64,000 nucleotides of DNA from Candidatus Levyibacteriota bacterium (GTDB lineage: Bacteria; Patescibacteriota; Microgenomatia; Levybacterales; UBA12049), in contig JACROF010000012.1 in NCBI GenBank assembly GCA_016214555.1, positions 4,343-68,342 of the forward strand. The letters run 5' to 3'. The notes under the pieces are model-generated. The model was not told the DNA's origin. It saw nothing but the letters and a program-made list of their open reading frames with translations, and ran no database searches. The translations under genes were made by a program, and so were the position numbers. Shown here piece after piece: positions 20,453-29,539 of this stretch (its first letter is position 1; the number at the start of each line of letters is the position of its first letter).

Positions 20453-21843
20453 AATGATTTTTTACCAAGGTGGAGCAGGAAGAAACCAGTGCTTAATATG
20501 ATTACAGAGATTATACCTGAAAAAAGGAGCATTGGACTTCCAGGATTTTCCTCAGGCGGAGGAACACTTTGTGTTAGAAGTGCCGTGGGGACTGGCGATG
20601 TGGGCGTTGGTGAGTGTGTAGGACTCGGAGAAGATGATGGCGCAAGGGTTGGGCTAGGTGTTGGTGTCTGCACTTTAGGAGTAGGAGTAATTGTAGGAGA
20701 GGGGATGACAGAAGGTTCAACAAACTGACTGCCTTCAGCAAAAACAGTAAAGGACCGGGTAATTGTTTGAAGAATGCCGTCTTTATTTTTTGTTTTAATA
20801 GTGATTGTATGTTCACCAGGTGAAAGCTTGGTGTCTGGTCGATAGGACCATGTGCCTCCTGTCCCAGATTTGATTGTCGTTGTGATTTGCTCATCAGAGT
20901 GTATTTCAATCTGAATTTCACTGTTGGGAAGTGCTGTGCCTTCGAATGTTGGTTGGTTATCATGAAGGGGCTCCTCTTTTTCAGGAGATAGGATAGTTGG
21001 GTTACCAGATGTTGATACCTCAGTTGCGCTAAATGAAGGGAATGAGCTTGAAGTATCAGCTGATGAAGATGCAATAGGCGCAGTATGCTGTTCAGCTTCG
21101 GATGTAAAGTCGTAGGAATTTGTTATGGTAACAGGCGGAACGGGGTTAATTTGACTTGGCAAAACGGAGACAGTAGCTTTTCCTTGTGGACTAACTGCGA
21201 GAAGTTTGATGATGCTTTGTGTTCCAAATTTACTATATGAGAGAAAATCTTTCTTTCTGAGAGCATTCAGCGGCATGATAAAGGTCCCATCTTTTTTTGT
21301 TAGTACAGAGAACGTTTGCGTGTCATCACTGACTAAAAATACTATAGTGTTGTTATCTGAGGACCCATCAGGATAGTTAACAGTTCCAACGATCGGCTGT
21401 TGTGAGTTCGGACTTTCAGATAAATGCATTAATGTTTTAATGGCAAATGGTTTTCCTTTATCTAAGAATGTTTTATCTGAGGAAGTAATTGAAAAATAAT
21501 ACTGCGTATTAGGCTCTAAATTTTTAACAGTAATATGATGAATAGAATAAGGCTGTGGAATTCCTGACTGTTGATCTCTGTCATCTAATGCAACTTTTCC
21601 ACCAGACGAAGTTTTTCCATACCCTAGACTTCCTAAGACACTATCTTTGGTTATGTAGGAAACAGTGAAAGACGAGTCTGTTAGGTTAGTTATTCTGATT
21701 TCTTCAGGGGAATATGTTGGAGATGCCTTCGTCAGAAAGAAAACTCCATGGTTAACAGCGTAGTTGAATATGAAAATACCAAATCCAATAAGAATGAGGC
21801 CTAATAGTGTTGGGATTCTTTTATACAACAATGATCCTTGCAT
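20449..21843 (-). CDS. Surface protein with FN3-like and Ig-like domains, a Pro/Thr-rich linker and N- and C-terminal TMs
   Basis: ITNLTDSSFTVSY..HHITVKNLEPNTQYYF (FN3-like); PTFEGTA..GTWSY..LSPGEHTITI (Big-like); SPT/TPT repeats. Confidence 0.8.
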   Translation of the reverse strand: MQGSLLYKRIPTLLGLILIGFGIFIFNYAVNHGVFFLTKASPTYSPEEIRITNLTDSSFTVSYITKDSVLGSLGYGKTSSGGKVALDDRDQQSGIPQPYSIHHITVKNLEPNTQYYFSITSSDKTFLDKGKPFAIKTLMHLSESPNSQQPIVGTVNYPDGSSDNNTIVFLVSDDTQTFSVLTKKDGTFIMPLNALRKKDFLSYSKFGTQSIIKLLAVSPQGKATVSVLPSQINPVPPVTITNSYDFTSEAEQHTAPIASSSADTSSSFPSFSATEVSTSGNPTILSPEKEEPLHDNQPTFEGTALPNSEIQIEIHSDEQITTTIKSGTGGTWSYRPDTKLSPGEHTITIKTKNKDGILQTITRSFTVFAEGSQFVEPSVIPSPTITPTPKVQTPTPSPTLAPSSSPSPTHSPTPTSPVPTALLTQSVPPPEENPGSPMLLFSGIISVIILSTGFFLLHLGKKSL

Positions 21844-21844
21844 A

Positions 21845-22165
21845 TTATATTGCTCCTTCTACTGCAGAGTCAGAAGCAGTTGGCTCTAAGTCAGGTACTA
21901 GTTCGCTTGTAGGAGAAGCATCTGGTGTGTCTTGTTCAGATTGATTCCCAAGGCTGAAGTCAGCCAAAATAGCATCTCTTTTTTTAAGGTCATCAATAAC
22001 ACTTGCATCAAAGGTGGATGAGATAGGTGTGATAAGAAGGCTTTGAGGTTTGGTAAGGGTTGAATTGACTGCTTTACTATAAATTCCCAAGATGATCCAT
22101 ACAAGTATAACAAATGCAGAAGGGATAAGAATATAAAGTAAATTTTTTTGTTGTTGTGGTTTCAT
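21845..22165 (-). CDS. Hypothetical membrane-anchored protein (pilus-operon associated)
   Basis: N-terminal TM and acidic tail; tightly coupled downstream of pilO. Confidence 0.65.
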   Translation of the reverse strand: MKPQQQKNLLYILIPSAFVILVWIILGIYSKAVNSTLTKPQSLLITPISSTFDASVIDDLKKRDAILADFSLGNQSEQDTPDASPTSELVPDLEPTASDSAVEGAI

Positions 22166-22166
22166 A

Positions 22167-22793
22167 TTATGGTTGATAGTATGCGCTTGCCTGAATGATT
22201 AGCTTTAACTCTCCAGACTTTTGATCTGCAGGAACAGTGAGTGTTAAAGAGGTGATGGTAATAATTCTCTCTATGTTGACAATATCTTCGTAGAATGACT
22301 CCATATCTGATAATTTTCCTTGGATGGTAAGTGCGATAGGTATTTCCTGAAGTGTACTAGACATTTTTTTATGAGTAGCTAGTTCGACAGATTGTGTTTG
22401 TAGCTGTGTAAGAGTGACGTTATTTGTTGATGCAATTGTTCGGAGTTGACCAGCAAGTTTTGTTAGTTCTGCAGATGTAGGAACAGCTTTGTATAAAATA
22501 GGAAGCTGCGAAGACAAGGGTTGGTATGCCTGGTCAAGAAGTGTCATATTGGCAATTTTTGTTTGGAGTTGTTTATCAAGGTATTTGTTGTCTTCAAGCG
22601 TTTTTTTAAGTTCAGAGATGGTTGAAAGCGTTGGACTTATAGCAAAAATACCAAAAAACATACAAGCAGTAATAGTCAAAATAAGCGTTGCATACGTCTG
22701 AACTTTTTCCTCGTGAATATTTGGAAGTGAACGAATATATTTTAGGTAACGCTCTTTTGAAAGCTTACTGAGAAGTTCTGGAGTAATTTTCAT
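22167..22793 (-). CDS. pilO: Type IV pilus assembly protein PilO-like
   Basis: TM plus coiled coil, then AVP...L...A...V.L and G......F...I...ERII.I ferredoxin-like signature. Confidence 0.75.
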   Translation of the reverse strand: MKITPELLSKLSKERYLKYIRSLPNIHEEKVQTYATLILTITACMFFGIFAISPTLSTISELKKTLEDNKYLDKQLQTKIANMTLLDQAYQPLSSQLPILYKAVPTSAELTKLAGQLRTIASTNNVTLTQLQTQSVELATHKKMSSTLQEIPIALTIQGKLSDMESFYEDIVNIERIITITSLTLTVPADQKSGELKLIIQASAYYQP

Positions 22794-23362
22794 TGCTTAG
22801 CCCCCTTTTCACCTTCTAACTTACTTTTCCCCAGGACTCCAGATGAGATTACGGCTGCAATTTGCGCTGTCGTTGATTTATTTTCAATTCTATCGATACT
22901 TACCTCAGATAGCTCTTTTTTTTCTTGAATACCTCCTACGAAATCTCTCAAATTTTTTATATCAAAAGCAACTAATTCAATATGGAGAGAATTATTGCTT
23001 ACAGACATACTTTTAATAGAAATGTTATTTTTTTGCGCAAGCAATGTTATGTCTTCTAAGAGAAGGGGAAGAAAAGCAACATCGGTGTTAAGCTTCTTGG
23101 TTTGAAGAAGCCTTTCTTGCAATTGGCGATATGAGTCTTCTTGTTCTTTGAAAGTTTCTACAATTCTTGTTTTTGCTTTAATTTTGTCATGAAGGTCGAT
23201 GATTTGACGATCAAGCGTAAAACGATAGAGAAAAGCGGCAAGCGCAATCGTTTCTGTAAGAATGACTAAAAATCTTCCGCCAGTAATTGCCCATTTAATA
23301 AAAACATCAAGGGAGGGAGTGCCCTTTTTTTTAAGAAGATTGATTGTTAGTTGTTTGGTCAT
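22790..23362 (-). CDS. pilN: Type IV pilus assembly protein PilN-like
   Basis: INLL N-terminal PilM-binding motif, TM, coiled coil; overlaps pilO (ATGA). Confidence 0.72.
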   Translation of the reverse strand: MTKQLTINLLKKKGTPSLDVFIKWAITGGRFLVILTETIALAAFLYRFTLDRQIIDLHDKIKAKTRIVETFKEQEDSYRQLQERLLQTKKLNTDVAFLPLLLEDITLLAQKNNISIKSMSVSNNSLHIELVAFDIKNLRDFVGGIQEKKELSEVSIDRIENKSTTAQIAAVISSGVLGKSKLEGEKGAKQ

Positions 23363-23492
23363 GGCAGGCAGATTGTGTTTAACAACACAAACACAGCCGA
23401 CAGATAATCAGCCTTATCTCAGTCTAAGATCTTTTTCCTTAAAAGTAAAGAAAAACACTTTTTATTTCATGCTAGAAATAGGCGCAAAATTG

Positions 23493-23501
23493 TGTTATAC
23501 T
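23493..23501 (+). promoter_or_regulatory. Extended -10 promoter of fusA
   Basis: TGTTATACT 36 nt upstream of ATG 23538. Confidence 0.55.
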
Positions 23502-23537
23502 TTCTTTGTCCCGAATAGATACGGGATTTTTCTTTCT

Positions 23538-25646
23538 ATGGCAGATACACAACGACAGGTACCACTTGATAAAATCCGAAATATCGGAATTATTGCTCAT
23601 ATTGACGCAGGTAAAACAACAACTACCGAGCGTATTCTTTTCTATACAGGCCGAACTTATAAGATCGGAGATATCGATGAAGGGAACACGCAAATGGATT
23701 GGATGGAACAGGAGAAAGAACGCGGAATTACTATTGTTTCAGCTGCGACTACTACTTTCTGGAAGGATCATCGCATCAATATAATTGATACTCCTGGCCA
23801 TGTTGATTTTACCGCAGAAGTAGAACGTTCTTTAAGAGTTCTTGATGGAGGCATTACCGTGCTGGATGCAGAAGAGGGAGTGCAGTCTCAGTCAGAAACT
23901 GTTTGGCGTCAAGCTGATAAATATAAAGTTCCTCGTATCTGTTTTGTCAACAAAATGGATAAATTAGGCGCAGACTTTCTTGCAACAGTAAAAAGTATTG
24001 AAGATCGACTTGGTGCAAATCCGGCAATTATGGTTCTTCCTATTGGTGCAGAAAGTACGTATGTAGGAAATGTTGATCTTTTGACAAGACAATCAATCCG
24101 TTGGAGCTCTGAAGAGCTTGGAGCAAAGTTTGACCTTTCAGACGAAATTCCCTCCGATATGAAAGATCAGGTAGAAGAGTATAGAGCAAAACTTATTGAA
24201 AAAATTGCTGAGACAGATGATGCACTTTTGGAAAAATATCTTGGCGGAGAAGAGCCTTCAATTGACGAGCTCAAGAAAGCTCTCCGTGCGGCAGTTATCG
24301 CCTACAAACTTGTTCCTATTTATGCTGGAACTTCGCTTCGCAATAAAGGAGTTCAGCCACTTTTGGATGCGGTTGTTGATTTTCTCCCCTCCCCTGTTGA
24401 TCTTAAAGAGGTTACAGGAGTTCATCCCAAAACAGGAGAGCCAGAAGTAAGACAGCTTGTTCCAGATGCTTCATTTAGCGGTCTTGCATTTAAGATCCAA
24501 AACGATCCTCATGTAGGAAAATTGACCTATTTCCGTGTTTATTCAGGAAAAATTGAAGCTGGATCCTATGTATATAACAGCACAAAGGGAGTTAAAGAGC
24601 GCGTAGGAAGACTTCTTATGATGCATGCAAATCAGCGTGAGGAGATAAAAGAAGGATTTGCTGGAGAAATCGTTGCTGTCGTTGGCCTAAAAGATACAGG
24701 AACTGGTGATACATTGTGCGACGAGACAAAGCAGATTGTTTTGGAAAAAATTTCGTTTCCTGAGCCTGTTATATCCCTTGCTATTGAACCTCAAACAAAA
24801 TCTGATCAGGAAAAACTTGGTTATGCCCTTAAAAGACTTACTGAGGAAGATCCAACATTTTCTGTTAAAAGCAATCATGAAACAGGACAGACGATTATTT
24901 CAGGTATTGGAGAATTGCAGCTTGAGGTTATGGTGGATCGCATGAAGAGGGAGTTTAATGTGCTTGCAAATGTTGGTGCGCCGCAAGTTGCGTACAAAGA
25001 AACATTTACAGAAAAGGTAGAGGCTGAGGGTAAATATATTCGCCAATCAGGAGGAAGAGGACAATTCGGACATTGTTGGCTTCGTATAGAGCCAAAAACT
25101 CGTGGAGAAGGAAATGAATTTGTGAGCGAAATTAAAGGAGGAGCTATTCCTGCGGAATTTGTTAAAGCTGTTGAAAAAGGAGTTTGGGAGACGCTTGAAA
25201 ATGGCGTTCTTCTTGGATATCCAGTCGTTGATGTAAAAATTGCGTGCTATGATGGCTCATTCCACGAAGTAGACTCAAGTGAGGTTGCATTTAAGATTGC
25301 AGCAAGTCAGGCGATTCAGGCTGCATCTAAAAAATCCCAAATGAATTTACTTGAGCCTATTATGAAGGTTGAGGTTACAACACCCTCTGAGTATATGGGA
25401 GATGTGATGGGAGATCTTTCAAGTAAGCGTGGGCAAATCGTTGGAACAGAAGAAAGGTCGCGAGCAACGATCATTAATGCGCTTGTACCCCTTGCTGAGC
25501 TCTCAGGCTATGCAACTCAAATTAGGTCGATGTCTCAGGGGCGAGCATCTTATTACATGGAGCCAAGCCATTATGATATCGTTCCAAGAAATATCGTTGA
25601 GCAAATGCTTGCTAAATCCACCTTCACAGGCCGTGTTGAAGCATAA
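23538..25646 (+). CDS. fusA: Elongation factor G
   Basis: [44 protein letters not shown]; true start is MADTQRQ (23538), not 23262. Confidence 0.98.
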   Translation: MADTQRQVPLDKIRNIGIIAHIDAGKTTTTERILFYTGRTYKIGDIDEGNTQMDWMEQEKERGITIVSAATTTFWKDHRINIIDTPGHVDFTAEVERSLRVLDGGITVLDAEEGVQSQSETVWRQADKYKVPRICFVNKMDKLGADFLATVKSIEDRLGANPAIMVLPIGAESTYVGNVDLLTRQSIRWSSEELGAKFDLSDEIPSDMKDQVEEYRAKLIEKIAETDDALLEKYLGGEEPSIDELKKALRAAVIAYKLVPIYAGTSLRNKGVQPLLDAVVDFLPSPVDLKEVTGVHPKTGEPEVRQLVPDASFSGLAFKIQNDPHVGKLTYFRVYSGKIEAGSYVYNSTKGVKERVGRLLMMHANQREEIKEGFAGEIVAVVGLKDTGTGDTLCDETKQIVLEKISFPEPVISLAIEPQTKSDQEKLGYALKRLTEEDPTFSVKSNHETGQTIISGIGELQLEVMVDRMKREFNVLANVGAPQVAYKETFTEKVEAEGKYIRQSGGRGQFGHCWLRIEPKTRGEGNEFVSEIKGGAIPAEFVKAVEKGVWETLENGVLLGYPVVDVKIACYDGSFHEVDSSEVAFKIAASQAIQAASKKSQMNLLEPIMKVEVTTPSEYMGDVMGDLSSKRGQIVGTEERSRATIINALVPLAELSGYATQIRSMSQGRASYYMEPSHYDIVPRNIVEQMLAKSTFTGRVEA

Positions 25647-25713
25647 TCCCTCCCTTGACCCTACTCTTTAGCTTCCTTGAGTTTTGATATAAAATAGTAT
25701 ATAAATCACCTTT

Positions 25714-26370
25714 ATGAAAAAAGTTATGGGTATTTTTGCTCATCCCGACGATGAGGCGCTTGGCCCTGCCGGTACTCTTGCAACATTTGCAAAAGATAAT
25801 GATGTTTATCTTATCTGCGTGACAAGTGGTGAGGCAGCGGGTAAAACAAAAGAGGAGAAATTACTCATTGGAGAGATAAGACGAAATGAGCTTCTCAGGT
25901 CGGCAAAGATATTGGGGATTAAGGATGTTTTTTTCTTGGGATACGAAGATGGTGAATTAAAAAATAACATATACCATCAGCTTGCAGATGATATAGCTAA
26001 AAAAATTGAGGAGATAAGACCAGAAATTCTTTTAACGTTTGATCTTAAAGGAGTGTCAGGACATATTGATCATATTACCGTGTCTTTTGTTACAACCTTC
26101 GTGTTTAAAAAGTATTCTTTTATTAAAAAGTTGATGTATTATGTGACCACCAAGGCAAAGAGTGATCGAATGCAGGATTATTTTATCCATTTCCCAAAAG
26201 GCTACGAAAGACAGGAAGTGGACGAGGTTATTAGTGTTGAAAATGTCTGGGAAACTAAAGTGAAAGCAATGCATTGTCACGTTTCACAAATGAAAGATGT
26301 GGAATCAGTTTTAAAAGGAGCGAAAGATTCCCCTAAAGAAGAATATTTCCTCATTGATGAAAAATTATAG
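25714..26370 (+). CDS. PIG-L/LmbE family N-acetylglucosamine deacetylase
   Basis: AHPDDE, TSGE, R..E....A..LG, GH.DH, H.SQ. Confidence 0.92.
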   Translation: MKKVMGIFAHPDDEALGPAGTLATFAKDNDVYLICVTSGEAAGKTKEEKLLIGEIRRNELLRSAKILGIKDVFFLGYEDGELKNNIYHQLADDIAKKIEEIRPEILLTFDLKGVSGHIDHITVSFVTTFVFKKYSFIKKLMYYVTTKAKSDRMQDYFIHFPKGYERQEVDEVISVENVWETKVKAMHCHVSQMKDVESVLKGAKDSPKEEYFLIDEKL

Positions 26371-26394
26371 TTGTATTCACGTATAATGTGATAC

Positions 26395-27489
26395 ATGACT
26401 AAAACTTTTTTTCTTGTTATTTCCATTCTTGCGATCATACTTTTGGGAGGAGTTGTTGGTATTCGTTATTTCAAAAATAGCATTAATACTCTTTTTGTCC
26501 AAAGTGCAAATCAAAAACTTATTGCTCCCTCCCCTACTCCTATTGGCCCTGTTGCTCAAAAAATTCACGAGACACTTTTTGTTCCCTATTGGAGCTTTTC
26601 TGATAACTCTGAGGATATAGGATCGCACGCAACAGTTGTCTATTTTGGGTTAGGGGTCAATAGTCATGGAGTTGTCACAAGTGATGAGGGGTATAAGAAG
26701 CTCCCATCATTTGTGAGTTTAACAAAGGGAAGCAAGAAAATTCTTGCGGTAAGAATGACAGATACAAGCTCAAATACCAATATTCTTAAGGATAAAAAAG
26801 CTCAGGAAACCATTGTCTCAGAAGTAATCACTATTGCACGAGACAATGGATTTGACGGAATACTTCTTAATATTGAGGTGTCAGCACTTCCTTTCACATC
26901 GCTTATTAATCAAATAACAGCGTTTAATACTCTTTTTGCAGACAGATCTCACGCAGGCAATTTAACATATAGCATTACTGCGTATGGAGACACGTTTTAT
27001 CGAGCAAGGCCATTTGATATGAAAAAGCTTGGAGAAAAAGCTGATCATGTCTATGTGATGGCGTATGACTTTCATAAAGCAAAAGGAAATCCAGGCCCTA
27101 ATTTCCCTCTCAAAGGGAACGATGTCTATGGGTATGATATGGAAAGGATGATTAATAACTTTGCCAACGTGGTTGATCTTAAAAAGCTAGTTGTTATTTT
27201 TGGTATGTATGGATATGACTGGGTAGTTGATGAGAAAGATGTGGCTCAGGAGATAGGTGCCCCTTTGAGTCTTTTGGAGGTTTCATCAGGAATTGTTGAT
27301 AATTGTAATCATGATTTGTGTAGTTGGGAGAGGGATGGTATTTCCTCTGAGACGAAAGCTGTGTATGAGGATGAAGGACAAAAACATGTAGTATGGTTTG
27401 AGGATAAAGAATCTGTGAAAAGAAAACAAGAATTTCTCAAGCAACATGGCATTGGGGAGTTTGCTTATTGGGCGTATTCCTATTTTTGA
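26395..27489 (+). CDS. Membrane-anchored glycoside hydrolase family 18-like protein
   Basis: GFDGILLNIE (variant DxDxE), VMAYDFH, PGP, YGYDW, VWFED..S, W. Confidence 0.82.
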   Translation: MTKTFFLVISILAIILLGGVVGIRYFKNSINTLFVQSANQKLIAPSPTPIGPVAQKIHETLFVPYWSFSDNSEDIGSHATVVYFGLGVNSHGVVTSDEGYKKLPSFVSLTKGSKKILAVRMTDTSSNTNILKDKKAQETIVSEVITIARDNGFDGILLNIEVSALPFTSLINQITAFNTLFADRSHAGNLTYSITAYGDTFYRARPFDMKKLGEKADHVYVMAYDFHKAKGNPGPNFPLKGNDVYGYDMERMINNFANVVDLKKLVVIFGMYGYDWVVDEKDVAQEIGAPLSLLEVSSGIVDNCNHDLCSWERDGISSETKAVYEDEGQKHVVWFEDKESVKRKQEFLKQHGIGEFAYWAYSYF

Positions 27490-27491
27490 TT

Positions 27492-27530
27492 AAAAAAAAT
27501 CCCCGCCTGTATCAATTGACACAGACGGGG
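27492..27530 (-). terminator. Intrinsic terminator of the kinase-vWA-PK-like operon
   Basis: On the minus strand CCCCGTCTGTGTC-AATT-GATACAGGCGGGG pairs throughout (two G-U) and is followed by ATTTTTTTT. Confidence 0.85.
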
Positions 27531-27538
27531 CGTGAGGC

Positions 27539-28576
27539 TTACAAGACCAATGCATAGTCTTGACGAAAGCTATCAAACGCAGCAATTGCGATTGAGAGAG
27601 TCCGATCGTCTAGACACACATGGTCGCACAACATCATGGTGCGAAAGCCAGCGTTATAGAGATAGGCAAGTTCCGAAAAATCAGCACATTCAGGTGTGTC
27701 CTGGGGTTCTCCAGTGATTGGGTTTTTTTGCCCCAAGGAAAGGAAGATTCGTGAACCAACACAGGCCTCGGGATCTTTTTGAATAATCTCCTCAAGTGCT
27801 TGAAGAATGTGATGAGGGCGAGGAAGCTCAACATAGAGGTCTCCCCGTGCCGCCATCAATCTGACGTTTGGCTGTGGCTTAAAGCTCTTTCTGACATAGG
27901 TCATTCCCTTTGGTGACTCAATCTTGAGCATGACTGTTGCGTCGTGCCCAACAAGATCTAGGAATTGCCCTACGTCCTCCTCAGACTCTACATAGGAAAG
28001 AAAGAATCTTGTGAATCCTGCAGCCTTCACCATCTCAATTTTTTCAAGTTCCAGGTCTGTGAAGAGTGGTCCTTGAATTGAGAGGCTAGCATTGCGGATG
28101 CACATCGAGTCGCCTGGTACGACTTCAGATCGAGGTCCATATCGTTTGCCAGGTGCAAAAATTAGCCTCTTACCGTCATCTGCGATAGCTATGAGGATTG
28201 CATGATCTGATCCAGATTTGAGCTCTACTGGAATACCACGGGCTGGATCGACATTTAGAGAGATAGGGTGATTGAGGGTGACTTCCAAATGCGTTGGATA
28301 GTCATGCACCTCTGCAACCCGAATCTGCCGACTTTTGATGTCATACCACATAGGGACAGTGGAATATGTCTTGCGAAGGACCTCAAGGTCCTTCGCAAGA
28401 TCAGAAGGGTTGACCATCGGCCTATTGAGGCGGATGCCGCTTAGGCGATGGTCAGTTGCAAATGTGGCAAAATGCGGCATTGTTGGCCACAAAGTTGCCA
28501 TGAGATCCAGCCTCTCAGGAGTCATAGGAAAATCCTGAGGCTGTGTCTTAAAAAGGTCGAGAAACCGGTTTGGCAT
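27539..28576 (-). CDS. Divergent pyruvate-kinase-like protein (barrel only, no C-terminal regulatory domain)
   Basis: MATLWP, IRLN, YDIKSRQIR, LSYVES..DV, LKIES, MAARGDLYVE map in order onto PK motifs; start MPNRF has GGAGG 6 nt upstream. Confidence 0.8.
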   Translation of the reverse strand: MPNRFLDLFKTQPQDFPMTPERLDLMATLWPTMPHFATFATDHRLSGIRLNRPMVNPSDLAKDLEVLRKTYSTVPMWYDIKSRQIRVAEVHDYPTHLEVTLNHPISLNVDPARGIPVELKSGSDHAILIAIADDGKRLIFAPGKRYGPRSEVVPGDSMCIRNASLSIQGPLFTDLELEKIEMVKAAGFTRFFLSYVESEEDVGQFLDLVGHDATVMLKIESPKGMTYVRKSFKPQPNVRLMAARGDLYVELPRPHHILQALEEIIQKDPEACVGSRIFLSLGQKNPITGEPQDTPECADFSELAYLYNAGFRTMMLCDHVCLDDRTLSIAIAAFDSFRQDYALVL

Positions 28577-29537
28577 CTTCATCCTCCAAGAGCATGATCG
28601 ACTTTCCGCTATGATCGCGGGGATCACCAGGGGAGACAGCAAGAATTGTCTTGAGTGACCTGTATGCCGCCTCTACCTGTCCTGGTTTTTGTCGCTCATT
28701 GATCTCATCGTGATAAAAATCAACTTTACCGGTCTTTTTGGCGAAGATACCCAAAATGACATCAACGACTCGGTTGGGGTCACGAAGAATCGCGATGTGG
28801 TCCTCTCCCAGTAGCTTCACCCAGTCAGCATGAATTGCACTACTCTCCGGGTCTAGGGACTGCAGTGAATCAGCAGTCGAATGGCTATAGGGCTTTTGAA
28901 TGAAGTAGACATCGGAGTCTTTATTCAGCTTAGCAAAAAGCTCTGCTGTTGTGATTCGTTCTGTCGTGACCTTGGCAAATTGTTGCGCAAGTTTTGGGCT
29001 CACCTCGTCATATGGTGACTCGTCGCCAAGGAAAATAATGAGCGGTCTTGTCGCATTGGGCATTGAGACGTTGTGAGATACGTACAGTGCAGCGAGCTCA
29101 TAAGACTCAGTGGTTTTGGGGCCACCACCACCTTCATATTTCAATCGAGTTGGGTCGAGTTCCGCCTTGAGATCAGCGCCTTGTGCAAAGGCGTGTCCTT
29201 GAAGCGGATATTTGTCACAGGTTGCATCGCCAACAGCCATGAAAAGGATCTGGGCGTCATCATCAAAGTAGATCTGACGAGCGTAGGTGTCAAGCAGAGG
29301 TAGCTTGCCACGAATTGTGGCTGGCCACTCCTGCATTGATCCGGTGACGTCAATCACAACGATAATTGGGTGCCTACTTGTTGTAGTAATAGTTGCTGCA
29401 AGAAGAGATGAGGCAGATACCCCAGAGCTTACAGCACTGGAATAGCTCCGTCCAGCGTCAACAACGTAAGCGTTGCGTGCAGCAGTGAAATCGCTATCAT
29501 CTCTCCATTCTCTTGGAGTACTGATTGCACTTCCCAT
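28548..29537 (-). CDS. von Willebrand factor A (MIDAS) domain protein
   Basis: IIVVIDVTGSM, AVGD, EGGGG...ESYELAALY, IIFLGDE; SD AAGGAG 6 nt upstream. Confidence 0.85.
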   Translation of the reverse strand: MGSAISTPREWRDDSDFTAARNAYVVDAGRSYSSAVSSGVSASSLLAATITTTSRHPIIVVIDVTGSMQEWPATIRGKLPLLDTYARQIYFDDDAQILFMAVGDATCDKYPLQGHAFAQGADLKAELDPTRLKYEGGGGPKTTESYELAALYVSHNVSMPNATRPLIIFLGDESPYDEVSPKLAQQFAKVTTERITTAELFAKLNKDSDVYFIQKPYSHSTADSLQSLDPESSAIHADWVKLLGEDHIAILRDPNRVVDVILGIFAKKTGKVDFYHDEINERQKPGQVEAAYRSLKTILAVSPGDPRDHSGKSIMLLEDEDAKPVSRPF

Positions 29538-29539
29538 CG

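Noticed and set aside
20560-20710. Repetitive DNA in the surface-protein gene as a possible array
   Set aside because: It encodes a Pro/Thr/Ser linker; there are no constant repeats with unique spacers
23262-23537. 92-aa N-terminal extension of EF-G in the ORF track
   Set aside because: It overlaps pilN on the other strand and spans a promoter; EF-G homology starts at 23538
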